Positions 1 through 12,529 of a stretch of 64,000 nt of DNA are shown one piece after another. The first letter of the stretch is position 1. Each line of letters opens with the position of its first letter. Under the pieces are notes generated by a model, which searched no databases, was not told where the DNA came from, and worked only from the letters and a program-made list of their open reading frames with translations. Location: assembly GCA_913776825.1 (NCBI GenBank), contig CAJYPV010000009.1, positions 5,357-69,356 on the forward strand. Reading direction: 5' to 3'. This DNA comes from Burkholderiaceae bacterium (lineage in GTDB: Bacteria > Pseudomonadota > Gammaproteobacteria > Burkholderiales > Burkholderiaceae_C). The position numbers were made by a program, and so were the translations under genes.

Positions 1-271
1 CCGCGCCGGTGCCGGCGTTGGCGTTGCCGGTGTTGATGACGATGGCCCGGATGGCGCTGCCGGCGGCGAGATGCTCGCGGCACACCTGCACCGGTGCGGC
101 GCAGAAGCGATTGCGGGTGAAGACGCCCGCGACGCTGGCGCCTTCATCCAGCGCGATCACGCTGAGGTCACGCCGATTGGCCTTGCGCACGCCGGCCATC
201 GTGACGCCCAGCCGAACGCCGGGCACGGGCAGCAGGGTTTGGGGATCGGGAGCAGTCAGGTTGACAGGCAT
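1..271 (-). CDS. argJ: Ornithine acetyltransferase / N-acetylglutamate synthase ArgJ, N-terminal part only (gene runs off the left edge)
   Basis: Not in the ORF track because it is open at the window edge. Minus-strand translation from ATG (complement of 269-271) gives [89 protein letters not shown], a typical ArgJ N-terminus. Confidence 0.85.
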   Translation of the reverse strand, partial: MPVNLTAPDPQTLLPVPGVRLGVTMAGVRKANRRDLSVIALDEGASVAGVFTRNRFCAAPVQVCREHLAAGSAIRAIVINTGNANAGTGA

Positions 272-334
272 GGCAGGGTCGACAAATGAAGTGCGGCCAC
301 CACGGGCCGGATGCGGCGGATTGTAGGAGCGCTG

Positions 335-363
335 GAAACGACAACGGCGTCCCGAAGGACGCC
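335..363 (-). terminator. Candidate intrinsic terminator after secA
   Basis: Minus strand reads GGCGTCC-TTCG-GGACGCC (346-363) followed by GTTGTCGTTTCC. It lies about 80 nt after the secA stop and the T-tract is only moderate. Confidence 0.4.
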
Positions 364-443
364 GTCTTGCATCAGCTCGTCGCTGGAACGATGGGCGGGG
401 ATGCGGAGGCCTCGCCGAGGCGCCCCATCCCGCACTCAATCGC

Positions 444-3200
<2,757 letters not shown>

Positions 3201-3456
3201 GAAGCTGGTGGAGTTCTTTGCATGAGGCTCGAGCCTGCCTGGATCGTGTCCGGGCGGGATCGAGCCGGAACCGCCGATGGCCCGCATGCAGCATGCGAAC
3301 CGGGCGGCGACCGTCCTGGCGCCGACGGGCGGCGCGCGTGGTTGTCAAGCTTGGGGTGCGAACCCCGAATTGCAAGCGAGGACAAACCAACGCGTAAAAA
3401 AACCGGTGGAGTTTAGCACCCACCCCTCGCGCCGACGCGGCCACTACACTGGCGAG

Positions 3457-3792
3457 ATGACGACCCGTTACCTGCCCCCGAGGCCCCGCCCATCCGCGCC
3501 CGATCCGATGGATTTCGGTGGCGCGATGTCGCGTCATGGCACGCTCGCGGTCCTGGGTCGACGCCTGGCGGCTTCCCAGCGGCATCTGGCGGTCATCAGC
3601 GTGGCGCTGCCCGGCGCGATGAAGCGTTTCGTTCAGGCTGGCACGCTGGACGATGCGGGCTGGACGCTGGTGGCGGACAACGCCGCGGTCGCCACCAAGC
3701 TGCGACACCTGCAGCCACAACTGTTGCGTCTGCTGCAGGAAGAGGGACTGCTGCTGGATGGGGAACTGCGCATCCGCGTTCGGCAATCCTGA
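3457..3792 (+). CDS. DUF721 / DciA-like small protein
   Basis: Part of track ORF 3277..3792. The C-terminal half (WTLVADNAAVATKLRHLQPQLLRLLQEEG...LRIRV) resembles DUF721 proteins found next to secA in beta-proteobacteria. Start at ATG 3457 is uncertain; 3526 is an alternative. Confidence 0.6.
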   Translation: MTTRYLPPRPRPSAPDPMDFGGAMSRHGTLAVLGRRLAASQRHLAVISVALPGAMKRFVQAGTLDDAGWTLVADNAAVATKLRHLQPQLLRLLQEEGLLLDGELRIRVRQS

Positions 3793-3820
3793 GACGCCAG
3801 AACCACGCCGGGAAATGAAA

Positions 3821-3855
3821 ACGGGATCCACGCCTGAGCGAGGATCCCGTTTTTG
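3821..3855 (+). terminator. Intrinsic terminator of the DUF721 gene
   Basis: ACGGGATCC (3821-3829), loop, GGATCCCGT (3842-3850), then a T-run ending at 3855. Confidence 0.6.
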
Positions 3856-3882
3856 ATTCAGCGGACTGAAAGGCTGAATGCG

Positions 3883-3958
3883 TGGTGCCGGCTATCGGAT
3901 TCGAACTGATGACCTACCGCTTACAAGGCGGTTGCTCTACCAACTGAGCTAAGCCGGC
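3883..3958 (-). tRNA. tRNA-Thr (anticodon UGU)
   Basis: Reverse complement is GCCGGCTTAGCTCAGTTGGTAGAGCAACCGCCTTGTAAGCGGTAGGTCATCAGTTCGAATCCGATAGCCGGCACCA (76 nt). It folds as a cloverleaf with anticodon loop CTTGTAA, T-loop TTCGAAT and encoded CCA. The T-stem has one A-C mismatch. Confidence 0.93.
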
Positions 3959-4010
3959 ACACTGAAACTGGTGCGTCACCACAGAGGTGACGCGGCAGGC
4001 ATTCTAAGCG

Positions 4011-4040
4011 CAGAAAGACGGCTCAAAAGAGAAAGCCGTC
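4011..4040 (-). terminator. Candidate intrinsic terminator of sspB
   Basis: Minus strand reads GACGGCT-(10 nt loop)-AGCCGTC followed by TTTCTG, 6 nt after the sspB stop. A second hairpin, GCGTCACC-ACAGA-GGTGACGC, lies at 3973-3993. Confidence 0.45.
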
Positions 4041-4045
4041 AGGAC

Positions 4046-4588
4046 TCACTTGATGCGCTTGAGCGCCGGACGACCACCACCCGCCGGCGCACCGCCGGGA
4101 TCATCGTCGTCATCGCCCGTGACCACCGGCACGACCGGCTCGGTCGGCTTCGCGGCCGAGGCCTCGCCATCCGAATCGGTGGCCAGACGCAAACCGCGAG
4201 GCGCCGCGGCCGGCACCGCCGCCGGACGCGGGGCCGCGCCGGCCTCGTCGGGCGACGGCGGGGGAAAGGCCATGCCCTGGCCGTTCTCCCGCGCATAGAT
4301 CGCCACCACGTGATCGATCGGCACGATGATCTCGCGCGCCACGCCGCCGAAACGCGCCTTGAACTGGATGAACTCGTTGCCGAGGTCCAGATTGCTGGTC
4401 GCTTCGAAACCGACGTTGAGCACGATCTCGTTGTTGCTCACGTACTCCAACGGCACCTGCACCGAACGGTCCACGTGAACCGCGATGTAGGGCGTGAATC
4501 CATTGTCGGTACACCACTCATGCAGGGCGCGGACCAGATAGGGCCGCGTCGAGCTGGCAGCGGCGCCGCCATCCTTGCTGTCATCCAT
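4046..4588 (-). CDS. sspB: ClpXP adaptor, stringent starvation protein B
   Basis: The N-terminus STRPYLVRALHEWCTDNGFTPYIAVHVD...VLNVGFEATSNL is typical of SspB. It has an acidic/Pro-Ala-rich tail and sits immediately downstream of sspA. Confidence 0.9.
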   Translation of the reverse strand: MDDSKDGGAAASSTRPYLVRALHEWCTDNGFTPYIAVHVDRSVQVPLEYVSNNEIVLNVGFEATSNLDLGNEFIQFKARFGGVAREIIVPIDHVVAIYARENGQGMAFPPPSPDEAGAAPRPAAVPAAAPRGLRLATDSDGEASAAKPTEPVVPVVTGDDDDDPGGAPAGGGRPALKRIK

Positions 4589-4601
4589 GGGCGCGAGTGT
4601 A

Positions 4602-5219
4602 TTACTTGCGCATCACCTTCTCGGACGGCGTCAGCGCTTCGATGTAAGCAGGACGCGAGAAGATGCGTTCAGCGTACTTCAGCAGCGGCAACGCGTTCTT
4701 CGACATGTCGATGTCGTAATAGTCCAGACGCCAGAGCAGCGGCGCGATGGCCACGTCCAGCATCGAGAAATCGTCGCCGAGCATGTACTTGTTCTTCAGG
4801 AAGATCGGTGCCAGCTGGGTCAGGCGATCGCGGATCTGCGAACGGGCCTTCTCCAGTTGCTTTTCCGTCGGCTTGACGGCCTGGCCACGGTTTTCCAGAA
4901 CGTTCACGTGAGCGAACAGTTCCTTTTCGAAGTTGAACAGGAACAGACGCACGCGGGCGCGGGCCACCGGGTCGCCGGGCATCAGCTGCGGATGGGGGAA
5001 GCGCTCGTCGATGTACTCGTTGATGATGTGCGACTCATACAGGATGAGGTCGCGTTCCACCAGGATGGGCACCTCGTTGTAGGGGTTCATCAACGCGATG
5101 TCTTCGGGCTTTGCGAACAGGTCGACGTCCCGGATCTCGAAGTCCATGCCCTTCTCGAACAACACGAAACGGCAGCGGTGCGAATAAGGGCAAGTGGTTC
5201 CGGAATAAAGCACCATCAT
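4602..5219 (-). CDS. sspA: Stringent starvation protein A (GST-like)
   Basis: Start at MMVLYSGTTCPYSHRCRFVLFEKGMDFEIRDVDL (ATG 5219), preceded by AGGAG 8 nt upstream. The track ORF extends further, to 5255. Confidence 0.93.
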   Translation of the reverse strand: MMVLYSGTTCPYSHRCRFVLFEKGMDFEIRDVDLFAKPEDIALMNPYNEVPILVERDLILYESHIINEYIDERFPHPQLMPGDPVARARVRLFLFNFEKELFAHVNVLENRGQAVKPTEKQLEKARSQIRDRLTQLAPIFLKNKYMLGDDFSMLDVAIAPLLWRLDYYDIDMSKNALPLLKYAERIFSRPAYIEALTPSEKVMRK

Positions 5220-5368
5220 GGCGGCGGACTCCTGATCGAAGCCTTGCGGCTTCATCGTTTTCTGAAAGCCGGCGAACCGGCCTATTCAAGACCAAAGAAA
5301 TGGCAAACGCAGTGGGGGCTTCTCAGCCCCCACTGCGCGGAGGACCCGACCGAGGTCGGGTCATCGGT

Positions 5369-6151
5369 TTACTTGACGTCCTTCCAGTAGGAAGCGTTCA
5401 ACTGCCACGCGAATACGGTAAACACCAACAGGAACAGCACCACGATGACGCCGAGGCGGAATCGTTGACCCTGGGCCGGCTCGCCCATCCACTGGAGATA
5501 GGCCACCAGATCGGCAACCGACTCGTCGTATTCCTGAGGCGTCATCGTCCCGGGCGTCACCTGCTCGAATCCCTCGAAGACATGCGTGACTTTAGACGAG
5601 TCATGCGGGTCTGGTCGTTCCTCGAACTTGGCAGTGCGGATGCCCTGGAGTTCCCACAGCACATGCGGCATGGCCACGCTGGGGAAGGCGAGATTATTCC
5701 ATCCCGTGGCCTTGGTTTCGTCCCGGTAGTATTTTCTCAGGTACGTATAGAGGTAATCCGCCCCGGATCCCTTGGCCCCGTCGGCCCGCGAACGGGCGAT
5801 GACGCTGAGGTCAGGAGGGCTGGCACCGAACCATTCCTTGGCCTGTTTCGGGTCCAGCGACACCTTCATGGTCTCACCGACCTTCTCGCCGGCAAACAGC
5901 AGGTTGCCCTTGATCTGGTCTTCGGTGAGGTTGAGATCCCTGAGACGGTTGTAGCGCATCGAACTGGCCGAGTGGCAGTTCAGGCAGTAGTTGACGAACA
6001 ACTTGGCGCCGTGCTGCAGCGCGGCCACGTCGTTCATCTTCTGCGTGGGGAAGCGGTCCCACTCGATGCCGCCTTCGGACGCCTGAGCCAGCGGCACCAG
6101 GGCGCCGCCCAGCGCCAACGACGTCAGCAGCGTAGCGATGAGTTTCTTCAT
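5369..6151 (-). CDS. petC: Ubiquinol-cytochrome c reductase, cytochrome c1 subunit
   Basis: Has signal peptide MKKLIATLLTSLALGGALVPLAQA, heme motif CLNCHS and a C-terminal TM anchor. The track ORF start (6607) overlaps petB and is rejected. Confidence 0.9.
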   Translation of the reverse strand: MKKLIATLLTSLALGGALVPLAQASEGGIEWDRFPTQKMNDVAALQHGAKLFVNYCLNCHSASSMRYNRLRDLNLTEDQIKGNLLFAGEKVGETMKVSLDPKQAKEWFGASPPDLSVIARSRADGAKGSGADYLYTYLRKYYRDETKATGWNNLAFPSVAMPHVLWELQGIRTAKFEERPDPHDSSKVTHVFEGFEQVTPGTMTPQEYDESVADLVAYLQWMGEPAQGQRFRLGVIVVLFLLVFTVFAWQLNASYWKDVK

Positions 6152-6177
6152 TCGGTCGACTCCGTGACGTTCGCGGT

Positions 6178-7578
6178 TCAATGCGGATGGAAGGTGACGC
6201 GGTCCGGCACCGGTTTGAAGGTGCCCAACCGGCTCCACCACGGCATCAGCAGGAAGAAGCCGAAGTAGAAGAGCGTGCCCGCCTGCGACACCAGGGTGCC
6301 GGCATCCGACGGCGGCTTGATGCCGAGATAGCCCAGCGCCAGGAAGACCACCACGAACACGCCGTAGAGATACTTGTGCCATTGCGGACGATAGCGGATG
6401 GACTTCACCGGGCTGTGATCCAGCCAAGGCAGGAAGAACAGGATGATGACCGCGCCGCCCATCACCACCACGCCCCAGAACTTCGCATCGAACGCCTTCA
6501 GCAGCGCGATGCCGATCACTGCGGCGACCAGCGTGATCACCTTGCCGCGCGACGACAGGCTGCCGCGCAACACGGCCAGCACCGACCCGAGCGCCACCAG
6601 GACGCACAGCACGCTCACCATCACATCGGTGGTCGCGCGCAGCATCGAGTAGAACGGGGTGAAGTACCAGACAGGCGCGATGTGCAGCGGGGTCTTCAGC
6701 GGGTCGGCCGGGATGAAGTTGTTGTACTCCAGGAAGTAGCCACCCAGCTCCGGCGCGAAGAAGATGATCGAGGTGAACACCAACAGGAACAATCCGACAC
6801 CGAAGATGTCGTGTACCGTGTAATACGGGTGGAAGGGCACACCATCCAGCGGGCGGCCCTGGGCATCCTTGTGCGCCTTGATCTCCACGCCGTCGGGGTT
6901 GTTGGAGCCCACTTCATGCAGCGCAATGATGTGCGCGACCACCAGACCCAGCAGCACCAGCGGCACCGCGATGACGTGGAAGCTGAAGAAGCGGTTCAGC
7001 GTGGCGTCGCCGACGACGTAGTCACCACGGATCATCAGCGCCAGGTCGTTGCCCACGAACGGAACGGCGGCGAACAGGTTCACGATCACCTGCGCACCCC
7101 AGTAGGACATCTGACCCCAGGGCAGCAGATAGCCCATGAAGGCTTCCGCCATCAGGCACAGGAAGATGCCGCAACCGAACACCCAGACCAGCTCACGCGG
7201 CTTGCGATACGAGCCATACAGCAGCCCGCGGAACATGTGCAGGTAGACCACGACGAAGAACGCCGACGCGCCCGTCGAATGCATGTAGCGCACCAGCCAG
7301 CCCCAGGGGACGTCGCGCATGATGTACTCGACCGAAGCGAACGCCAGCGCGGCATCGGGCTTGTAATGCATCACCAGGAAGATGCCGGTGACGATCTGGA
7401 TGACCAGCACCAGCAGGGCCAGCGACCCGAAGATGTACCACCAGTTGAAGTTTTTCGGAGCGTAATACTCCGACATGTGCTCCTTGAACATCTTGGACGC
7501 CGGAAACCGGTTGTCCACCCATGTCAGGACCTTGACGCCCAAGGGGGCGCCGACGGGTGCTTCCTTGAATTCAGCCAT
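6178..7578 (-). CDS. petB: Ubiquinol-cytochrome c reductase, cytochrome b subunit
   Basis: 466 aa and polytopic. Contains WWYIFGSLALLVLVIQIVTGIFLVMHY, MHSTGASAFF and the PEWY-like region PVWYFTPFY. Confidence 0.95.
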   Translation of the reverse strand: MAEFKEAPVGAPLGVKVLTWVDNRFPASKMFKEHMSEYYAPKNFNWWYIFGSLALLVLVIQIVTGIFLVMHYKPDAALAFASVEYIMRDVPWGWLVRYMHSTGASAFFVVVYLHMFRGLLYGSYRKPRELVWVFGCGIFLCLMAEAFMGYLLPWGQMSYWGAQVIVNLFAAVPFVGNDLALMIRGDYVVGDATLNRFFSFHVIAVPLVLLGLVVAHIIALHEVGSNNPDGVEIKAHKDAQGRPLDGVPFHPYYTVHDIFGVGLFLLVFTSIIFFAPELGGYFLEYNNFIPADPLKTPLHIAPVWYFTPFYSMLRATTDVMVSVLCVLVALGSVLAVLRGSLSSRGKVITLVAAVIGIALLKAFDAKFWGVVVMGGAVIILFFLPWLDHSPVKSIRYRPQWHKYLYGVFVVVFLALGYLGIKPPSDAGTLVSQAGTLFYFGFFLLMPWWSRLGTFKPVPDRVTFHPH

Positions 7579-7598
7579 GTCGTCTGCCTCGCTCGGGG

Positions 7599-8198
7599 TT
7601 AGGCCTTCTTGTTGTCTTCACCGATCACCAGCTTGGTGTCGGACAGGTACATGTGCGGCGGAACTTCCAGGTTGTCCGGCGCAGGCTTGTTCTTGAAGAC
7701 ACGTCCCGCCATGTCGAAGGTCGAGCCGTGGCAGGGGCACAGGAAACCGCCATGCCAGTCATCCGGCAGCGAAGGCTGCGGACCGGCCTGGAACTTGTCG
7801 CTCGGCGAGCAGCCGAGGTGCGAGCAGATGCCCACGACCACCAGGAACTCCGGCTTGATCGACCGCCACTCGTTCTTGGCGTAGTCAGGCATGGGGAAGG
7901 CCTTGCGGTCGGAGTGCGGATCCGCGAGGGTGGCATCGTTGCCCTTCAGCGCATCGAGCTGCTCCTTCGTGCGCCGGACGATCCAGACGGGCTTGCCCCG
8001 CCATTCGACGGTGAGCTTCTGGCCCGGAGCCAGGCTGCCGACATCCACTTCCACCGCCGCCCCGGCCGCCTTGGCGCGCTCGGAGGGCTGGAAGGTGCTC
8101 ACGAACGGCACGGCGGTGGCGACACCGCCGACGGCTCCCGCGCAGCCGGTTGCAATCAACCAGTTGCGTTTGCCTTGGTCCACTTGTTGGTCACTCAT
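7599..8198 (-). CDS. petA: Ubiquinol-cytochrome c reductase, Rieske iron-sulfur subunit
   Basis: Start at MSDQQVDQGKRNWL (ATG 8198). Rieske boxes CSHLGC and CPCHGS are present. Confidence 0.93.
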   Translation of the reverse strand: MSDQQVDQGKRNWLIATGCAGAVGGVATAVPFVSTFQPSERAKAAGAAVEVDVGSLAPGQKLTVEWRGKPVWIVRRTKEQLDALKGNDATLADPHSDRKAFPMPDYAKNEWRSIKPEFLVVVGICSHLGCSPSDKFQAGPQPSLPDDWHGGFLCPCHGSTFDMAGRVFKNKPAPDNLEVPPHMYLSDTKLVIGEDNKKA

Positions 8199-8394
8199 GA
8201 GGGTCCTTACAGGGAACTTCTGATCAGGGGCAACCGAAGATTCTAGGTGTGAAAAACTGCGCGCACCCCTAGGCGCTCTACCAATGTGCACCCACGCACC
8301 AAGTTGACATTTGTCGCCGCGAGAAGGCCGTTAGGATGCTTGGCTCGCGGCGTCAGCGCCGCCATCCAGCGCCAAGCGAAGAAGGAGCAAGGGA

Positions 8395-8853
8395 ATGGGC
8401 TTCATGAGCGAATTCCGCGAGTTTGCGGTCAAGGGCAACGTCATGGATCTTGCCGTGGGCGTGATCATTGGCGGCGCCTTCGGGAAGATCGTGGATTCGG
8501 TCGTCAAGGACCTGATCATGCCGCTGGTCGGCAAGGTCGTCGGCGGCCTGGACTTCAGCAACTACTTCGTGATGCTCGGCAGCCCACCGGCCAACTACAC
8601 CGGGCCGATGACCTATGAAGCGCTGACCAAGGCCGGCGTGCCGCTGTTCGCCTACGGCAGCTTCCTGACCGTGCTGCTGAACTTCGTCATCCTGGCCTTC
8701 ATCATTTTTGTGATGGTCAAGCAGATCAATCGCCTCAAGCGAGACTCCGCACCCGCACCCGCACCCGCCGCACCGGCCGCGCCGGCCCCACCGCCGGAAG
8801 ATGTGCAGCTGCTGCGCGAGATTCGCGACGCGCTGACTCGTGACAAAGCGTAA
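8395..8853 (+). CDS. mscL: Large-conductance mechanosensitive channel
   Basis: Reads [43 protein letters not shown], with GAAGGAG 7 nt upstream of the ATG. Confidence 0.93.
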   Translation: MGFMSEFREFAVKGNVMDLAVGVIIGGAFGKIVDSVVKDLIMPLVGKVVGGLDFSNYFVMLGSPPANYTGPMTYEALTKAGVPLFAYGSFLTVLLNFVILAFIIFVMVKQINRLKRDSAPAPAPAAPAAPAPPPEDVQLLREIRDALTRDKA

Positions 8854-8973
8854 AGCTTTCTTCAAACGTCTTCTTTTGCCCATAGTTCGGGCGGGTTACG
8901 CCCGGGCAGGGCGTGAGCTTGGACGATACTGCACGCTGTGGTGTGGTCGCCACAATGCGTGCCCGATGCATCG

Positions 8974-11427
8974 ATGAACCGTCTCAATCCCCACCTCGAC
9001 GCGGCCCTCCATCGCGTGCGCACGGCGGTGGAACAAGCCGCCGAGCGTGGCGCCGAAGGTCTCGGTCTCGCCGCCCTGTCTTCCGGACAGGCCAAGCGGC
9101 GGGATGCGCTGCTGTCGGCGCAATTCATCTTCCGCAAGCAGCAGGCGCTGTTCTCGCAGCGCTTTGATCAATCGATGCGCCGTCAGGCGCTCGAGAGCGG
9201 CGCCGACGCGTCCGCCGGTGCCCCCAATACGCCCAAGCACACCCAGTGGGACGAGCTCTCGCTGATGGACGACGCCCAGGTCAACGCGCTGGTCGCGGCG
9301 GACCGCATCGGCCTGGCGATCGGCCACCAGAGCGAATGGGAGCTGCGCGAGGTCGACACCTACATGGGCGGCATTCCGGGCATCGGCAAGGAAGACCGCC
9401 ACCCGCTGCGCCCGCAGGCGATCGCCCAGGCGCTGCTGGACGGCGTCAATGCCGTCACCGACGACCAGGACACGCGCCAGATCCTGGTCGACGAACTCAC
9501 CCGCTCGCTCGCGCAGGAAATGCGCGCTTGCTATGCCGACATCGCCGGGCTGTTCCGCAGCCGCGGCCTGCGTCCGCAGGACCTCAAGGTGCGCGGCACC
9601 GAAACCACGCGGGGCCAGTCCCTGCGCGGCGGCATCGGCGCGGGCGGCGGTCACAGCAGCCAGACGCCGCTGCATGACAGCCGCTACGCCACCCAACCGG
9701 GCGCCCTGCACAGCGGCCATGGTTACCTGACCCGCCCCGGCGGCCTGCAGGGACTGGGCGGCGGTCTGCCCGGTGGCGGCGGCGGACTGGGCGGACACAC
9801 CAGCCCAGGCGCCTTCGGCGGTTATGGCGGCGGCGCGGTCGACCCGCAATTGATGGACCTGATGCGGCGCCTGGCCATGAGCCCGATGGCCGGCATCAGC
9901 GGTCCGGGCGGCGGACCGGCCGGACCGATCTCCGGCGGCATGCCCCTGGGCACGCCGAGCCAGTGGCAAACCTGGGAAGGCGACGCCGCCGTTCTGGGCG
10001 ACGGCCCGATCGTCCTGCCGCCCAACCTGATCCATCTGCATCGCGACGAACTGCGCCAGGCGGCGACCGGCTCGCTGGATCACATGGTGATCGATGTGGT
10101 GGCCGGCCTGTTCGACCAGATCCTGGCCGACCCCAAGCTGCCGCCGCTGATGTCGCAGCAGATCGCCCGTCTGCAACTGCCGGTGCTGCGGGCCGCGCTG
10201 GGCGATCGCACCTTCTTCTCATCGCGCCGACATCCGGTGCGGCGTCTGGTGAACCGGATCGCCTCGCTGGCGGTCGCATACGAAGATTTCAGCGAAGACC
10301 CGGGCAAGAGCTTCCTCGCGCTGGTGCGCGAACTGATCCAGGACATCGTCAGCGGCGATTTCGACCGCATGGATCTGTATGACGCGAAGCTCAACCAGCT
10401 TGAGACCTTCATCGCGGAGCAGACCGCCCATTCGCTGAAGTCGCAAGGCGACGCGGCCGCGCTGCTGGAGCGCAAGGAAACCGAGATCCGCCTGCAGCAG
10501 CGCTACATGCAGCAGCTGCAGCAGGCGATGGCGAATGTGGAGATGCGCGATTTCCTGCGCCACTTCCTGACCCAGACCTGGAGCGACGTGCTGGTGCATG
10601 CGTCGCGGCATCCGAATCTGGATGCGGCGCTGGTCGATCGCCTGCGCCACCTGGGCCGCGACATCGTGCTGTCCGTCCAGCCCAAGACCACGCCGCAACA
10701 GCGGCAGGCCTTCCTGGCCTCGCTGCCGGTGCTCATGCGCACGCTCAATGAAGGCCTGGACCTGGTCCGCTGGCCGGAATCCGAGCGCAAGAAGTTCTTC
10801 GCCGAACTGCTGCCCGCGCATGCCGATTCGCTCAAGGGCCAGGCCCTCAGCCCGCTCGAATACAACCTGCTGGCCAAGCAGCTGGAATCGGTGTTCGGCA
10901 TTGCGCCGCCGCGGGAGCAGGACCTGCCCGCCGCCGCGCCGCTGGACCTGGACCTGACCGAGCGCCTGACCGACGAAGAAGCGCGCCGCCTCGGCGTGGT
11001 CGAAGAGGACCATGTCGACTGGGACGGCCAGATCGACATCGACCTCAGCGCCGAAGACCAGCGCCCGCTGATGGCCGTCGACATCAGCATCGACGGCCTG
11101 CCCTCGGCCGAAGAAGCGCCGGAGCCCGCGGCCGGCGGCCTGCTGCTGGATCATCTGCAGCTCGGCTTCGCCTACCAGATGCGCCGCGAGGAAGAATGGA
11201 CGAAGGTCCGACTGGCCCACATCAGCGCCAGCCGCAGCTTCTTCATCTTCACCCACGGCGACCGGCATCACGAGACGCTGACCATGACCTCGCGCATGCT
11301 GCGTCGGCTCTGCGAAAGCGGCCGTCTGCGCGCGTTCGAAAGCGCCTATCTGCTGGAACGCGCGACCGCGCGGGCGCGCAAGCAGCTGGCGGCGCTGAGC
11401 GCGAAGTCCGCTTCGGTCAAGGCCTGA
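8974..11427 (+). CDS. Large conserved hypothetical protein (DUF1631-like)
   Basis: Track ORF 8938..11427; I prefer the start MNRLNPHLDAALHRV (ATG 8974). High GC3 throughout. The overall architecture recalls DUF1631 proteins, but this family call is from memory only. Confidence 0.6.
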   Translation: MNRLNPHLDAALHRVRTAVEQAAERGAEGLGLAALSSGQAKRRDALLSAQFIFRKQQALFSQRFDQSMRRQALESGADASAGAPNTPKHTQWDELSLMDDAQVNALVAADRIGLAIGHQSEWELREVDTYMGGIPGIGKEDRHPLRPQAIAQALLDGVNAVTDDQDTRQILVDELTRSLAQEMRACYADIAGLFRSRGLRPQDLKVRGTETTRGQSLRGGIGAGGGHSSQTPLHDSRYATQPGALHSGHGYLTRPGGLQGLGGGLPGGGGGLGGHTSPGAFGGYGGGAVDPQLMDLMRRLAMSPMAGISGPGGGPAGPISGGMPLGTPSQWQTWEGDAAVLGDGPIVLPPNLIHLHRDELRQAATGSLDHMVIDVVAGLFDQILADPKLPPLMSQQIARLQLPVLRAALGDRTFFSSRRHPVRRLVNRIASLAVAYEDFSEDPGKSFLALVRELIQDIVSGDFDRMDLYDAKLNQLETFIAEQTAHSLKSQGDAAALLERKETEIRLQQRYMQQLQQAMANVEMRDFLRHFLTQTWSDVLVHASRHPNLDAALVDRLRHLGRDIVLSVQPKTTPQQRQAFLASLPVLMRTLNEGLDLVRWPESERKKFFAELLPAHADSLKGQALSPLEYNLLAKQLESVFGIAPPREQDLPAAAPLDLDLTERLTDEEARRLGVVEEDHVDWDGQIDIDLSAEDQRPLMAVDISIDGLPSAEEAPEPAAGGLLLDHLQLGFAYQMRREEEWTKVRLAHISASRSFFIFTHGDRHHETLTMTSRMLRRLCESGRLRAFESAYLLERATARARKQLAALSAKSASVKA

Positions 11428-11491
11428 CCCCGTCAACGCCCGCAGCCGCGAGCGGCTGAGGCGTCAACACCGCCGTGCAGGGGCGTCTCGC

Positions 11492-12529
11492 TCAGGCGTC
11501 CGACGCCAATTGACGCGCCATGCGGATCGCGGCCAGCATGCTGGACGGATCCGCCCGCCCCGTGCCCGCGATGTCGAACGCGGTGCCATGGTCGGGGCTG
11601 GTCCGCACCAGCGGCAGCCCGAGCGTGACATTGACGCCCTCCTCCACCCCCAGATACTTCACCGGGATCAGCCCCTGGTCATGGGTCATCGCCACGACCA
11701 CATCGAACTCCCCGGGGTGACGGGGCGGCGCGTGGCGGGCGCGCATGAAGACGGTGTCCGGCGCGAACGGACCGCGTGCATCGATGCCCAGCGAGCGGGC
11801 CTGCTCGATCGCCGGGGCGATGTGCTGGATTTCTTCGTCGCCAAACAGACCGCCCTCACCCGCATGCGGATTCAGGCCCGCCACGGCGATGCGCGGTGCG
11901 GCGATGCCGAAGCGACGCAGCGCGGCATCGGTGATGCGCAAGGTCTGCAGCACCCGTCCGGTGGTGATCTGGTTCACCGCCTCCCGCAAGGCGACGTGGA
12001 TGGTGACCAGCACCACCCGCAATTCATCGTTCGCCAGCATCATGCGCACCGGGGGCAACTGGCCCTGCGCATCGGCGCAGAGCGCCTGCAGCAACTCGGT
12101 GTGGCCGGGATGATCGACGCCTGCGGCATGCAGGGCTTCCTTGTGGATCGGCGCGGTCACCAGGCCGCGCGAACGACCGGCTTGTTGATACCGCACCGCT
12201 TCCACGATGCACCGCGCCGCCGCCGCGCCCGCCTGTGCACTGACCTGACCCAGCGGCTGGGCCAGCAGGTCGGCCGGCAGATCGCTCGGCTGCCAGACCG
12301 GCAAACAATCGGGCGGCGCGGCCTCGTCGGGTTCGCTCAGCACCGCCATGGGCAGCGACAGGCCGACCATCGTCATCGCCCGACGCAGCACCGCCGCATC
12401 GCCGACCAAGCGCAAATCGGCGCCGCGATCGCGCGCCCACGCCGCCACGGCGACCTCCGGACCGATGCCGCAGGCATCGCCCATCGTGAGCAACAGAGGA
12501 CGGGCGTCCGTCGGGGGGATGGGGTTCAT
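11492..12529 (-). CDS. pdxA: 4-hydroxythreonine-4-phosphate dehydrogenase
   Basis: Start MNPIPPTDARPLLLTMGDACGIGPEV (ATG 12529). Contains GHTELL and NPHAGEGG motifs. ATGA overlap with the upstream Nif3-like gene. Confidence 0.88.
   Translation of the reverse strand: MNPIPPTDARPLLLTMGDACGIGPEVAVAAWARDRGADLRLVGDAAVLRRAMTMVGLSLPMAVLSEPDEAAPPDCLPVWQPSDLPADLLAQPLGQVSAQAGAAAARCIVEAVRYQQAGRSRGLVTAPIHKEALHAAGVDHPGHTELLQALCADAQGQLPPVRMMLANDELRVVLVTIHVALREAVNQITTGRVLQTLRITDAALRRFGIAAPRIAVAGLNPHAGEGGLFGDEEIQHIAPAIEQARSLGIDARGPFAPDTVFMRARHAPPRHPGEFDVVVAMTHDQGLIPVKYLGVEEGVNVTLGLPLVRTSPDHGTAFDIAGTGRADPSSMLAAIRMARQLASDA

Noticed and set aside
3201-3287. N-terminally extended starts given by the ORF track, here for secA and likewise for petC, petA, pdxA, argB, hisI/E, HIT, livM/K, LysR, ADH and others
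   Set aside because: The extensions overlap upstream genes or lack SDs. Conserved family N-termini begin at internal ATG or GTG codons, often with a good SD. The track also prints GTG starts as M (for example at 22292 and 63043).
3883-4045. tRNA-Thr as an integration site for a genomic island
   Set aside because: No integrase, no duplicated tRNA 3' end and no compositional break. Both flanks (secA/DUF721 and sspAB-petABC) are core genes.
8304-8337. TTGACA ... TAGGAT as the sigma-70 promoter for mscL
   Set aside because: The spacing between the hexamers is 22 nt, outside the functional 16-19 nt range.
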